60,613 nt of DNA from Pseudomonadota bacterium (GTDB taxonomy: Bacteria > Pseudomonadota > Gammaproteobacteria > Chromatiales > Chromatiaceae): contig JBPOHE010000007.1 in NCBI GenBank assembly GCA_052035915.1, positions 1 through 60,613 of the forward strand, given 5' to 3'. The position numbers and the translations under genes were made by a program. Below the pieces are notes generated by a model, which did not search any database, was not told where the DNA came from, and saw only the letters and a list, made by a program, of their open reading frames with translations. This document shows, in pieces, positions 17,933 through 28,834 of the stretch. How positions within the stretch are numbered: position 1 is the stretch's first letter; the number at the start of each line of letters is the position of its first letter.

Positions 17933-20900
17933 GGCCTTCGAGTATAGGCTTCAGGCGGGATCACAGGATGTTCCTGGCCCAGTGCCGGCTCGCTCGGTTT
18001 CCGCGGCCTGAGCCTGGTGTCCCTGGCGGTGAGACAGCGGTTGCAGTGGATGCAGTCGATATCCAGCGCTTCCTGCACCCCGAGATCGCAGTGTTCGATC
18101 CGCCGTTGCGGGGCAAACCGCCGCAGCAGGGCGATCTTGTTGCCGAGGGCGACGAAGGCGCCGAAGGGACAGAAATAGCGGCACCAGAAGCGATAGTAGA
18201 ACAGCGAGCCCAAGAGACTGACGGCGATGACGCCCCCCATCCAGCCCCGCCAGTGGCCGCCGAAACAATGCTGCATCGGGTTGAAGGTGGCCCAGATCTC
18301 CTCACCGCCGATCCAGACCCCCAGCAGCACCAGCGCCAGCAACAGGAACTTGAGATAGCGCAGCCGCGACTCCAACGTCCGCTCCGGGTAGCTGCGCAGA
18401 CGCAGCCAGCGGCCCAGGCGGGAGATGAACTCCTGGAGCGCGCCGAAAGGACAGACATAGCCGCACCAGACCTGACCGAACAAGAGCGCGGTCAGGCCGA
18501 CGAAGCCGAGCAGCAGCCAGCGCAGGGGGTTGGTGGCCAGGTCGGAGAGCCGCCCCTGACTCAGGTTGACCAGGTCGATCTCAGTCACCAGGGTATTCAG
18601 CCAGAGGCCCAGCACCAGCAGAGTCGCCGCCTGGAACAGCAGCCGCGCCGGTTCCGATCCCGAGAGATAGACCGGGAAAAAGATCAGCAACAGCGCCAGG
18701 CTGGTCAAAAATCCCGGGCTAAGCCAGGCCGGGGCGGTTTCGATCTCGGCCTGGGGGGCGAAGCTGCTACCGAAGACCTCCCGACCCGCCAGGCGGGCGG
18801 CCTGGTTGATCGTTTCCAGGGCCGCGCGGCTGCTGACCGTGGCCCCGCTGAGACCATCCAGGCGTTGCAGGCTCAGCGGCGGCTCGGTCAGGCTGTGTCC
18901 CGCCAGTCGCTCCAGCCAGGTGTCGATGCCGGCGACATAGGCGGGGGTCTCGTTCGAGCCCAGATAGCGCACCCCCCGCAGCCGACCCTGTCGATCGAAC
19001 GACACCAGCAGGTCGATGGGACCGGCGTAGCCCCGGATATCTCCGGCCACCGCCCGGGTCGCCAGGCTCACCGTCTCCCCCGCCTCGCCGCCCTGACCGA
19101 GATAATGGGGGAAGGGTCGCTCCCGTAGCTCGAAGCTGGCCGAACCACTGAGTCTCGCCAGGGTGACATCGTCGAAATGGAGTTGCGGACCGGGTTGAGC
19201 GGCGCGATTGAGCAACATGAGCACAAAGCTGGTGAGCACCAGAAACCCCAGTCCCCAGCTCAGGCCCTGATAGGGAAAGGCCCGCCCGCCTCTCGCCACC
19301 AGCGCCGGGAGGCGCTCCGGGGCATATTCGGCGAAGAGCAGGGGGACGCAGACCAGTAGCGCCATCATCGCCAGCACCCAAGCCGTCCCCGCCACCCCGA
19401 GCAAAGGCACCATGAGCGCCCCGGTCAACAGGCCGCCGAGCGCCCCGCCCAGGCTGTCCGCCGCCTCGATGAGACCACTGGACTGCACCGTCTCCTCGGT
19501 ATCCAGATGGGCCAGATGCACCCCCAGGGGGAAACCGGCGCCGGTGACCAGCCCCGCCAGACCGCACAGCCCGAGATAGACCGCCTCCTGAGCCCCGGCC
19601 CCCAGGCCGTCGAGAAACTCGAAGCCCGCGGGCAAAGCGGCGCAACCGGCGGCGATGACCAACATCAGACCGATCAGCGCCAAGCCGGGACGGCGCCGCC
19701 GGGGCAGCGAGCGCCCGAACACCCCGGCGCCGATCACCAGCCCGGTCATGAAGAGCCCATTGAGCAGGGCTATCCGGCTGAAGACAAAGCCCAGATGGGC
19801 CTGGTAGGCGAACAGCAGACAGAGCTGCACCGCCATGGCGATCAATCCCTGCACCGCCAGGGCGAGGATCGCCGCCCATCTCCGGGTACGGCGTCGTGGG
19901 GCTCCGGCGAGGGCGGACTTGAGCATCAAGAGCCAGACCATCACCCCCAGGGGCACCAGGTAGGGCCAGGGGCCCAGGGCCCGCGCCGACTCCAGCCAGG
20001 TCACCAGGGCCGAGGCGGTGAACTTCCCCCAGAGCAGCATGTTGAGGTAATAGGTCAGGGGGCGGGCATCGGTATTGATCTCCGCCTCCTCTTGTTCGAG
20101 TTGGGAGCGCACATAGGCGATCCGCCCCGGGTCCAGCAGGTTGTGGAATGAAGTAGCGGGGAAACGGTGTTCGTCCAGAGGCACCACCAGATAACGCCGG
20201 GACAGCTCCCAGGCGTCTTCGGTCACCCGTTCCGCCAGGGCGGCGGCGCAATAGAGGTGCTGATCCCCGGGGGCGATGGCGATGAAGGGCCACACCGGCT
20301 TCAGGCTGTGATAGACCGAGGCGCTGTAACTCTTCACCTCCCGCCCGAGATAGTTGGAGGCGCTGCTCACCGCCGTGCAGAACACCCCTTCCGGCGTCAT
20401 GAGATGCTGAATACGCCGATAAAACTCCAGGGTGAAATAACGATTGCCGTGGGCGCTGCTGGGGTCGTCGCGCAACACCAGCACCAGGTCATAGGGAGAC
20501 GGCTCCCGCGGTTCCTTGAGAAAACGCCGCCCATCCATGAACACCAGCCGCACCCGGGGGTCCTTCAAGGCCGCCTGGGTGACCTCGGGTAAGTGTGGTC
20601 GCATGCGCTCGAAGGCGAGCTGGTCCTGCTCGATCAGATCGATCCGCTCGACCGGATAACGCAACAGGGCCTCGACCAGCCCGCCGGCGCTGCCGCCGAA
20701 CAAGAGCAGCCGTTTCGGCGCCTCGGCCTGGGAATAGACATAGGCGGCTTCCTGGTCGGCTTCCCGTTGCGCCGGAAAACTCTCGCCGATGCGTCCGTCG
20801 GCGACCAGGGAAAACTGGTCGCCGGTGCGTCCCAGAGCGAGATGACCGTATCTGGTCTCCACCGCGTCCACCCATTGCAGCGCCGGTTGCAGGGTGGCGA

Positions 20901-21621
20901 ACCTCAGCGCCTCCAGCCTCGGCTCCAACCAGGAACTCAGGGGGGTGAAGCCCAGGGCGAGTCCCATCGTCAGCACCAGAGCCAATCCCAGCCGCCGCCA
21001 GCCGCCGCTCCCCAAGGGCCAGGCCGTCAACCCCAATAAGAGCGCCACCACCCCCAGGGTGCGCCAGGTCCCCAGCCATTCGACAAAGACGAAGGTGAAC
21101 AGAAGCCCTCCCAGCAGCGCCCCGATGGCCTCGAAGATATAGAGGCCGGAAACCGCGCCCAGGGTGCCGGGGAGATCCTGATCCGCCTGCCGATCCGGAC
21201 GCAGACCCCGCGCCGCCAAGGGAAAGGCGAGACCGATCAGGATACCGGCGGGCGCCACCACCAGGGCGATGGCGACGAACACCTGTCCGAGAGGGATGAG
21301 TTCGGTCGGCGAGACATCCAGCAACAGCCGCACCCCCCGGGTCACCAGGATCTGCCCGGCGAGCACCAGCGGCAATAACAACAGCGTCCCGCTCAACACC
21401 GGCAGCGGCTGCCGCACCCAGTCCCGCTCCCGCCAATACACCACCAGCGCCGAACCGACGGCGATCCAGAACAACCAACTGCCGTAGAAGGCCCCCAGGG
21501 TGACCTCGTTGCCATAGAACACCACCAGGCACTCGCGGATGAGCATCGCCTGGCTGAGCTGGGAATAGACCCCGAGCACCAAGAGGGTCAGAAAGAGATT
21601 GTGTTGCCTGCGATGGACCAT
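17929..21621 (-). CDS. Giant polytopic fusion protein: spermidine-synthase-like domain, FMN_bind domain and NosR/NapH-like 4Fe-4S polyferredoxin membrane domain
   Basis: N-terminal multi-TM region. Spermidine synthase fold LLLFGGSAGGLVEALLRYPVERIDLIEQD...DPRVRLVFMDGRRFL...YDLVLVLRDDPSS...FTLEFY...TPEGVFCT. A further TM block. FMN_bind-like region GYAGPIDLLVSFDRQGRLRGVRYLGSNETPAYV. C-terminal CGYVCPFGALQEF, CRYFCPFGAFVALG and CIHCNRC. Start trimmed to the ATG after GGGGAGGGGAT. Confidence 0.75.
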   Translation of the reverse strand: MVHRRQHNLFLTLLVLGVYSQLSQAMLIRECLVVFYGNEVTLGAFYGSWLFWIAVGSALVVYWRERDWVRQPLPVLSGTLLLLPLVLAGQILVTRGVRLLLDVSPTELIPLGQVFVAIALVVAPAGILIGLAFPLAARGLRPDRQADQDLPGTLGAVSGLYIFEAIGALLGGLLFTFVFVEWLGTWRTLGVVALLLGLTAWPLGSGGWRRLGLALVLTMGLALGFTPLSSWLEPRLEALRFATLQPALQWVDAVETRYGHLALGRTGDQFSLVADGRIGESFPAQREADQEAAYVYSQAEAPKRLLLFGGSAGGLVEALLRYPVERIDLIEQDQLAFERMRPHLPEVTQAALKDPRVRLVFMDGRRFLKEPREPSPYDLVLVLRDDPSSAHGNRYFTLEFYRRIQHLMTPEGVFCTAVSSASNYLGREVKSYSASVYHSLKPVWPFIAIAPGDQHLYCAAALAERVTEDAWELSRRYLVVPLDEHRFPATSFHNLLDPGRIAYVRSQLEQEEAEINTDARPLTYYLNMLLWGKFTASALVTWLESARALGPWPYLVPLGVMVWLLMLKSALAGAPRRRTRRWAAILALAVQGLIAMAVQLCLLFAYQAHLGFVFSRIALLNGLFMTGLVIGAGVFGRSLPRRRRPGLALIGLMLVIAAGCAALPAGFEFLDGLGAGAQEAVYLGLCGLAGLVTGAGFPLGVHLAHLDTEETVQSSGLIEAADSLGGALGGLLTGALMVPLLGVAGTAWVLAMMALLVCVPLLFAEYAPERLPALVARGGRAFPYQGLSWGLGFLVLTSFVLMLLNRAAQPGPQLHFDDVTLARLSGSASFELRERPFPHYLGQGGEAGETVSLATRAVAGDIRGYAGPIDLLVSFDRQGRLRGVRYLGSNETPAYVAGIDTWLERLAGHSLTEPPLSLQRLDGLSGATVSSRAALETINQAARLAGREVFGSSFAPQAEIETAPAWLSPGFLTSLALLLIFFPVYLSGSEPARLLFQAATLLVLGLWLNTLVTEIDLVNLSQGRLSDLATNPLRWLLLGFVGLTALLFGQVWCGYVCPFGALQEFISRLGRWLRLRSYPERTLESRLRYLKFLLLALVLLGVWIGGEEIWATFNPMQHCFGGHWRGWMGGVIAVSLLGSLFYYRFWCRYFCPFGAFVALGNKIALLRRFAPQRRIEHCDLGVQEALDIDCIHCNRCLTARDTRLRPRKPSEPALGQEHPVIPPEAYTRRP

Positions 21622-21728
21622 GATCCCCTCCCCTTGCGGGAAAGTATGGCCCGTTCCGGCGGCTCTGGAAGAGACCGCGGGCCGGGAGGCTCCGTTCATG
21701 GCAAGCCTGTCGAACCACTCGTGGATCG

Positions 21729-21848
21729 TCCGGGCACAGCCGCCTGAAGGAAGATATTTGTTCTCAAAAAGAGAACAATAAGCATATTTGACAGGCTATT
21801 ATTCTCTTATTAAGAACACTTTTGAGGCCAATTCGGTCCATGCCCGAG
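21729..21848. mobile_element. MITE-C family copy (C1) in divergent promoter region
   Basis: Core TGTTCTC-aaaaa-GAGAACAAT...ATTATTCTC-ttatta-AGAACA. GC-rich arms CCGGGCAC.../...CCATGCCCGAG. Confidence 0.5.
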
Positions 21849-22167
21849 CCGTTTCGAGGTTTTCTCTATTCCGCTCCGGGTTGTTGTCCGAGCGACCAGG
21901 GTCAGCCACTCGGTCGGGCCTCCGGGTCCGATATCAGTGATGGAGCTCGGACGGGGTCCGACGTTTGAAATATCGTCCTGGAGTTGTCGGGCTGTAGCTG
22001 TACCCAAGACTCCCCGCCGGTGCCATGTGGAGAAGGGGGATTTTCTGGCCTGAACCCCCGCGGCCAGGATGGCCCGGACCTTTCATGGACGCCATCGGAC
22101 CAATCTGAGAAAATGCGCACGTTTCGCTAGTCGCTGAATTTGGCGAACAGCGGTTTTTCCATGGATC

Positions 22168-22192
22168 GAGCCGGGATCACCCCGGCTTTTTT
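22168..22192 (+). terminator. Rho-independent terminator-like hairpin immediately upstream of yjeT-like gene
   Basis: GAGCCGGGATCACCCCGGC followed by TTTTTT. Confidence 0.4.
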
Positions 22193-22200
22193 GTGAAACT

Positions 22201-22395
22201 TTGTCCATGTCCCACGAACTCTGGATCGCCTTTGCCCTGCTCCTGGTCATCGAAGGCATCTGGCCCTTCTTGAGCCCAGGGAGCTTCCGCAACATGTTGG
22301 CCAACATGGCCCAGCAAGAGGATACATTGATCAGAACCCTGGGTTTCATCAGCATGGTCGTCGGCGTCGTGCTCCTGTATATCGTCAACGGCTAG
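22201..22395 (+). CDS. DUF2065 (YjeT-like) small membrane protein
   Basis: 64 aa with two hydrophobic helices. It sits upstream of hisZ-purA, as in the enterobacterial hflKC-yjeT-purA neighbourhood. Confidence 0.6.
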   Translation: MSMSHELWIAFALLLVIEGIWPFLSPGSFRNMLANMAQQEDTLIRTLGFISMVVGVVLLYIVNG

Positions 22396-22405
22396 CCGGA
22401 CCCCC

Positions 22406-24918
<2,513 letters not shown>

Positions 24919-25083
24919 TTCCCGCTCCGGATCTCCGGCCCGAGAGCCGGAGATCCCCCTTCCCTATCGGATTGACACCGGCGTCGCCGGGCGCTGATTA
25001 TCCGGCGATTGCGCAGAAGCAAGGACGACCACGGCCATCGGCCCTTACACTTGGATCTCCTCCACGCGGGAAAGGGCCGCCCC

Positions 25084-25635
25084 ATGCTCTACCAGATCGA
25101 AGAACAGATTCGCCGCCAGGCGAAGACACCCCATGAACTCTTCATGCTCAATCTGGCCGTCTTTCACCTGCTGCTGGCACCGGCGGCCATCGTACTCAAG
25201 ATCGGCATCCTGGGATTTTTCGTCCCCCTGTCCGCCTCCCTGGGTCTGATCGGCTTCACCTATTGGCGCAGCCGAGAAACCAGGCCGGATCGACCCTGGT
25301 TCGTCAAGGTGCATTGGAAGCTGGCCTCCCGGCGCAGCCGGATCCTGCTCATCGCCTATGTCCTGAGCGGGAGCCTCCTGGGCCTCGGGCTCTTGGTCGC
25401 CTCCGGGGCCGACAAACACACCACCCAGGACATCATCACCACGGTCTTCGCCCGGATTGCCGTTTTTCCCGTGCTCGTCGCCGTGATGCTCGGCTTCGTC
25501 CTGGAGTCGGGGGCCATCTACCAGGCCACCAAGGGTGAGGTGCCCGACTTCATGATCAAGACGAACCCAGCCCCGGCGGATCTGCCGAGCCTGACGCCGA
25601 CGGCGGAAGAACCCTCTGTCGATCCCACCGCCTGA
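25084..25635 (+). CDS. Hypothetical 4-TM membrane protein
   Basis: Hydrophobic segments, no motif. The start was chosen at MLYQIEEQ. Confidence 0.45.
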   Translation: MLYQIEEQIRRQAKTPHELFMLNLAVFHLLLAPAAIVLKIGILGFFVPLSASLGLIGFTYWRSRETRPDRPWFVKVHWKLASRRSRILLIAYVLSGSLLGLGLLVASGADKHTTQDIITTVFARIAVFPVLVAVMLGFVLESGAIYQATKGEVPDFMIKTNPAPADLPSLTPTAEEPSVDPTA

Positions 25636-25647
25636 CCACCCTTAGAA

Positions 25648-25727
25648 GCAGAGTAGGTCGGCAATCCTTTGCCGACACCCCTTGATCGGCATCAAATGGC
25701 GGCAAGGGGTTGCCGCCCTACGAACTC
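25648..25727. repeat. REP-B element copy 1
   Basis: GCAGAGTAGGTCGGCAATCCTTTGCCGAC...GGCGGCAAGGGGTTGCCGCC has two 8-bp-stem hairpins. It is repeated at 34165-34244 and 52486-52567. Confidence 0.6.
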
Positions 25728-25845
25728 CCCAGGGTGGCGGCCACAGGCCCGGCCAGGGCCTGGTCTACAATGGAGCTATGGAGGGAGCGGGTTTGTCGAC
25801 TAGCCCGACCCCCGGACGATCCATTCTTCTAGAGGAGAGACCCTC

Positions 25846-26319
25846 ATGACCGTGGCCACGAAACTTCAAACCTATCTAGATGAGATGGGTGAGGGTTATG
25901 AGCTGATCCGCCACCCTCATAGCCATTGCAGCATGGAAAGCGCGGCGTCCGCCCATATCCCGGGAGACAATCTGGCGAAAGGGATAGTGCTGCGGGATAC
26001 CCAGGGACATGTATTGCTGGTGGTGCTCCCCGCGGATTTTCATGTCAACCTCAAGCAACTCGGTACCTTGCTGCAGCGGGAAGTCCATCTGGTGGACGAA
26101 GAGGAACTCGGATCGCTGTTTCCAGACTGCGCCCTCGGGGCCATCCCGCCCATAGGTCCGGCCTATGCCCTGCCGACCATCTGGGATCGGGTGCTGGGCG
26201 ATAAGGAAACCGTCTTTTTCGAGGCGGGCGATCATGAATCCCTGGTCAAGGTGAGCGGCCGCGTCTTCCATGAACTCATGGCCCCGGCGGAGCGGGCCCA
26301 TTTCAGCCGGCATCTGTAG
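25846..26319 (+). CDS. YbaK/ProX-family aminoacyl-tRNA deacylase-like protein
   Basis: 157 aa with RBS GGAGAGA. The sequence ...KGIVLRDTQGHVLLVVLPADFHVNLKQL... resembles a prolyl-tRNA editing-domain fold. Confidence 0.65.
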   Translation: MTVATKLQTYLDEMGEGYELIRHPHSHCSMESAASAHIPGDNLAKGIVLRDTQGHVLLVVLPADFHVNLKQLGTLLQREVHLVDEEELGSLFPDCALGAIPPIGPAYALPTIWDRVLGDKETVFFEAGDHESLVKVSGRVFHELMAPAERAHFSRHL

Positions 26320-26415
26320 CCCGCTTTTCTCGCCAGTCGTCCAGGGCGGGGACCGAGCCTGAAGCCGCCGACGGGAGAAAGCCCCGGCAGAGAGGGATAT
26401 CAGCGCTCGGAGGCT

Positions 26416-26531
26416 CCGGGCCTGGGCTGAAAAGCGCTGGTTTCTGTTCTCATTAGGAGAACAATGCGGCCTGTAGAAAGGCATTGTTCTCGATTGGAGA
26501 ACAAAAAACCGGGCCAAAGCGCCCTGGCCCG
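26416..26531. mobile_element. MITE-C family copy (C2)
   Basis: CTGTTCTC-N5-GAGAACAAT-N19-ATTGTTCTC-N5-GAGAACA with GC-rich arms CCGGGCC.../CCGGGCCAAAGCGCCCTGGCCCGG. Confidence 0.5.
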
Positions 26532-26812
26532 GAAGCGTCAAAAGACGAACTGGCCGGCCATGAAGGTCGCCGCCAGGCCCGCCTGGCCGGCGGCGAACCT
26601 GATGGCTCCAACGACTCCGGCTCCGTCCCGACCTCCCAGGGCTCATCTTCCCAGGCCAGCCAGGCCTCCATCCGCTGTTGTCGCGCGTCCCTCTCCAATT
26701 GGCGCCGATCCCTGTGCGCCCCGCCCTTGCGCAGCAAGGGCGATTTGGCCGCCAGATTACGTATCTTCACCCCTTTCATACTTTCTCTCCCAAGGCCACT
26801 GAAAGCCTTCAC

Positions 26813-28009
26813 TCACCCCTTCACGCACACCAGCTGTTTCAAGGTGTGCACCACTTCCACCAGGTCGGTCTGATTGGCCATCACCTGGTCGATGTCTTTA
26901 TAGGCGCCGGGGATCTCGTCGATCACCCCGCCGTCCTTGCGGCACTCGATCCCCTGGGTCTGGGCGGCCAGGTCGTCGGTGCTGAATTTCCGCTTCGCCG
27001 CATGGCGGCTCATGCGCCGGCCCGCGCCGTGAGAGCAGGAGCAAAAGGACTCCGGGTTGCCGAGACCGCGCACCACATAGCTTCTGGCCCCCATGCTGCC
27101 GGGAATGATGCCGAGCTGGTCCGCGTAGGCGGCGATGGCCCCCTTGCGGGTCAGGTAGACCTTGGCCCCGTAGTGCTCCTCGAGGCTCACGTAGTTGTGA
27201 TGGCAGTTCACCGCCTCCTTGGTGGCCTCGAAGGGGGGCAGCACCGGGCGCAGGGCCTCGACGATCAGCCGCATCATCTCGCGGCGGTTGGTCATGGCGT
27301 AGTCCTGGGCCCAGTGCACCGCCTCCACGTAGTCGTCGAAGTGTTCGCTACCCTCGGTGAGATAGGCGAGGTCTTTGTCCGGCAGGGTCCCCAGCAGCTT
27401 ACCCATGTCCCGCTTGGCGAGGTCGATGAAATAGGTGCCCATCACGTTGCCGATGTTGCGGCTGCCGGAGTGCAGCATGATCCAGACCTGATCCGCCTCG
27501 TCGAGACAGATCTCGATGAAGTGGTTGCCGCCCCCCAGGGTGCCGAGCTGGCGTACCCAGGGGAGAAAGGCGCGGCTTTGCTTGCGGTTGATGCCGGGGT
27601 GCTTGGCGATGATCCGCTCCAACCGCTGATCCAGGGCGACGATGGTGGAGCGTTTCACCGGGTCGTGATCGTGCTGCTCGAACCCCACCGGCACGGCCGC
27701 CTCGATAGCGGAGCGCAGGCGATGGAGCTTGTCCGGCAACTGCTCGGCACGCAGGCCCAGGCGCACGGCGTTCATGCCGCAGCCGATGTCCACCCCCACG
27801 GCGGAGGGGATGATCGCCCCGACGGTGGGGATCACCGCGCCGATGGTGGCGCCGATACCCATGTGCACGTCCGGCATCGCCGCCACATGATGGTGAATGA
27901 AAGGGAGCTGGGCGATGTTGCCGAGCTGATCGATGGAGGCGGCGTCGATGTCGTCGGTGTAGACCTTCACCGGCGCCTTGCCTTTGTTGAGGGTCATCTT
28001 GATGGGCAT
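26813..28009 (-). CDS. rtcB: RNA-splicing ligase RtcB
   Basis: HHHVAAMPDVHMGIGATIGAV and GCGMN motifs; length 398 aa. Confidence 0.9.
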   Translation of the reverse strand: MPIKMTLNKGKAPVKVYTDDIDAASIDQLGNIAQLPFIHHHVAAMPDVHMGIGATIGAVIPTVGAIIPSAVGVDIGCGMNAVRLGLRAEQLPDKLHRLRSAIEAAVPVGFEQHDHDPVKRSTIVALDQRLERIIAKHPGINRKQSRAFLPWVRQLGTLGGGNHFIEICLDEADQVWIMLHSGSRNIGNVMGTYFIDLAKRDMGKLLGTLPDKDLAYLTEGSEHFDDYVEAVHWAQDYAMTNRREMMRLIVEALRPVLPPFEATKEAVNCHHNYVSLEEHYGAKVYLTRKGAIAAYADQLGIIPGSMGARSYVVRGLGNPESFCSCSHGAGRRMSRHAAKRKFSTDDLAAQTQGIECRKDGGVIDEIPGAYKDIDQVMANQTDLVEVVHTLKQLVCVKG

Positions 28010-28102
28010 TGGGGGTTCTCCAAAGGTAGCTGTTAGAATTCTATGAGCTTCTCAACCTGCGTTTGGCAGAAAGTTATTGTCTGTGGCAAGGGTAAAACAG
28101 CC

Positions 28103-28351
28103 ATGCGAATCACCGCTGAACTCGATCAACAGCACTTCGAACGATTGCAACAGCTCGAGCAACAGTCCGGCAAGGACACCTCGAGGCTGATTGAAGAGGC
28201 CATCGACGAGATGTTCGCCCACCGCAAGGACGTTCCGGCTCACCAAGCCCTCGAAATCATGCGTCGCAACGGCTTTATCGGCTGTATGGAGGGCGACGAC
28301 GACCTTTCGGTTCTCTACAAGGAAAAGCTCGACTGGTCCCATAAGCTATGA
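28103..28351 (+). CDS. vapB: RHH/VapB-type antitoxin
   Basis: MRITAELDQQHFERLQQLEQQSGKDTSRLIEEAIDEM has a ribbon-helix-helix N-terminus. The stop overlaps the vapC start (ATGA). Confidence 0.6.
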   Translation: MRITAELDQQHFERLQQLEQQSGKDTSRLIEEAIDEMFAHRKDVPAHQALEIMRRNGFIGCMEGDDDLSVLYKEKLDWSHKL

Positions 28352-28767
28352 TCATCGCCGACACCGGTTTCTGGATCGCCTTGGGAAACCGCAAAGATCA
28401 GTTTCACCAAACGGCCATCGATGCCATGAAGCAGATCGATGAGCCCCTGATCACCACTTGGCCGGTCATGACGGAGGTCTGTCACCTTCTCCTCAAACAG
28501 CTCGGCGTGCGTGGCGAAACCTCGTTTTTGAAGAGCTGGCGCGATGGCGCATTCGTACTTTTCGATCTTCGAGACGAGCACTTACCCCGCCTGGTTCAGT
28601 TGGTCGAAAAGTACGCTGACTTACCTATGGACCTTGCTGATGCGTCGCTCGTCATCCTTGCCGAGGAGCTTCGCGAAGGCCGCATCCTGAGCACCGACCG
28701 CCGCGACTTTCGGGCTTACTGCTGGAAAAACCAGCACCCTTTTCATAATCTGCTGTTTGATCAATAA
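28348..28767 (+). CDS. vapC: PIN-domain ribonuclease toxin VapC
   Basis: MIIADTGFWIALGNRKDQFH...TTWPVMTEVCHLL gives the PIN acidic residues. Length 139 aa. Confidence 0.85.
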   Translation: MIIADTGFWIALGNRKDQFHQTAIDAMKQIDEPLITTWPVMTEVCHLLLKQLGVRGETSFLKSWRDGAFVLFDLRDEHLPRLVQLVEKYADLPMDLADASLVILAEELREGRILSTDRRDFRAYCWKNQHPFHNLLFDQ

Positions 28768-28834
28768 CCATAAAGGGATTGTTTTTTCGCTCCTGAACGC
28801 CTATCCAGGCGGCGCCTCCGCGCCGCCCGGTGGG

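Noticed and set aside
17968-21718. Large antisense or overlapping ORFs (e.g. 17968-19128, 18767-20293, 20489-21718, 26678-28036, 28757-30496, 35576-36427, 52823-54271, 55533-56393)
   Set aside because: They lie opposite or out of frame to strongly supported genes. Their composition is biased (Arg/Gly/Pro/Ala-rich) as expected from high-GC frames, and they have no motifs. They were treated as spurious.
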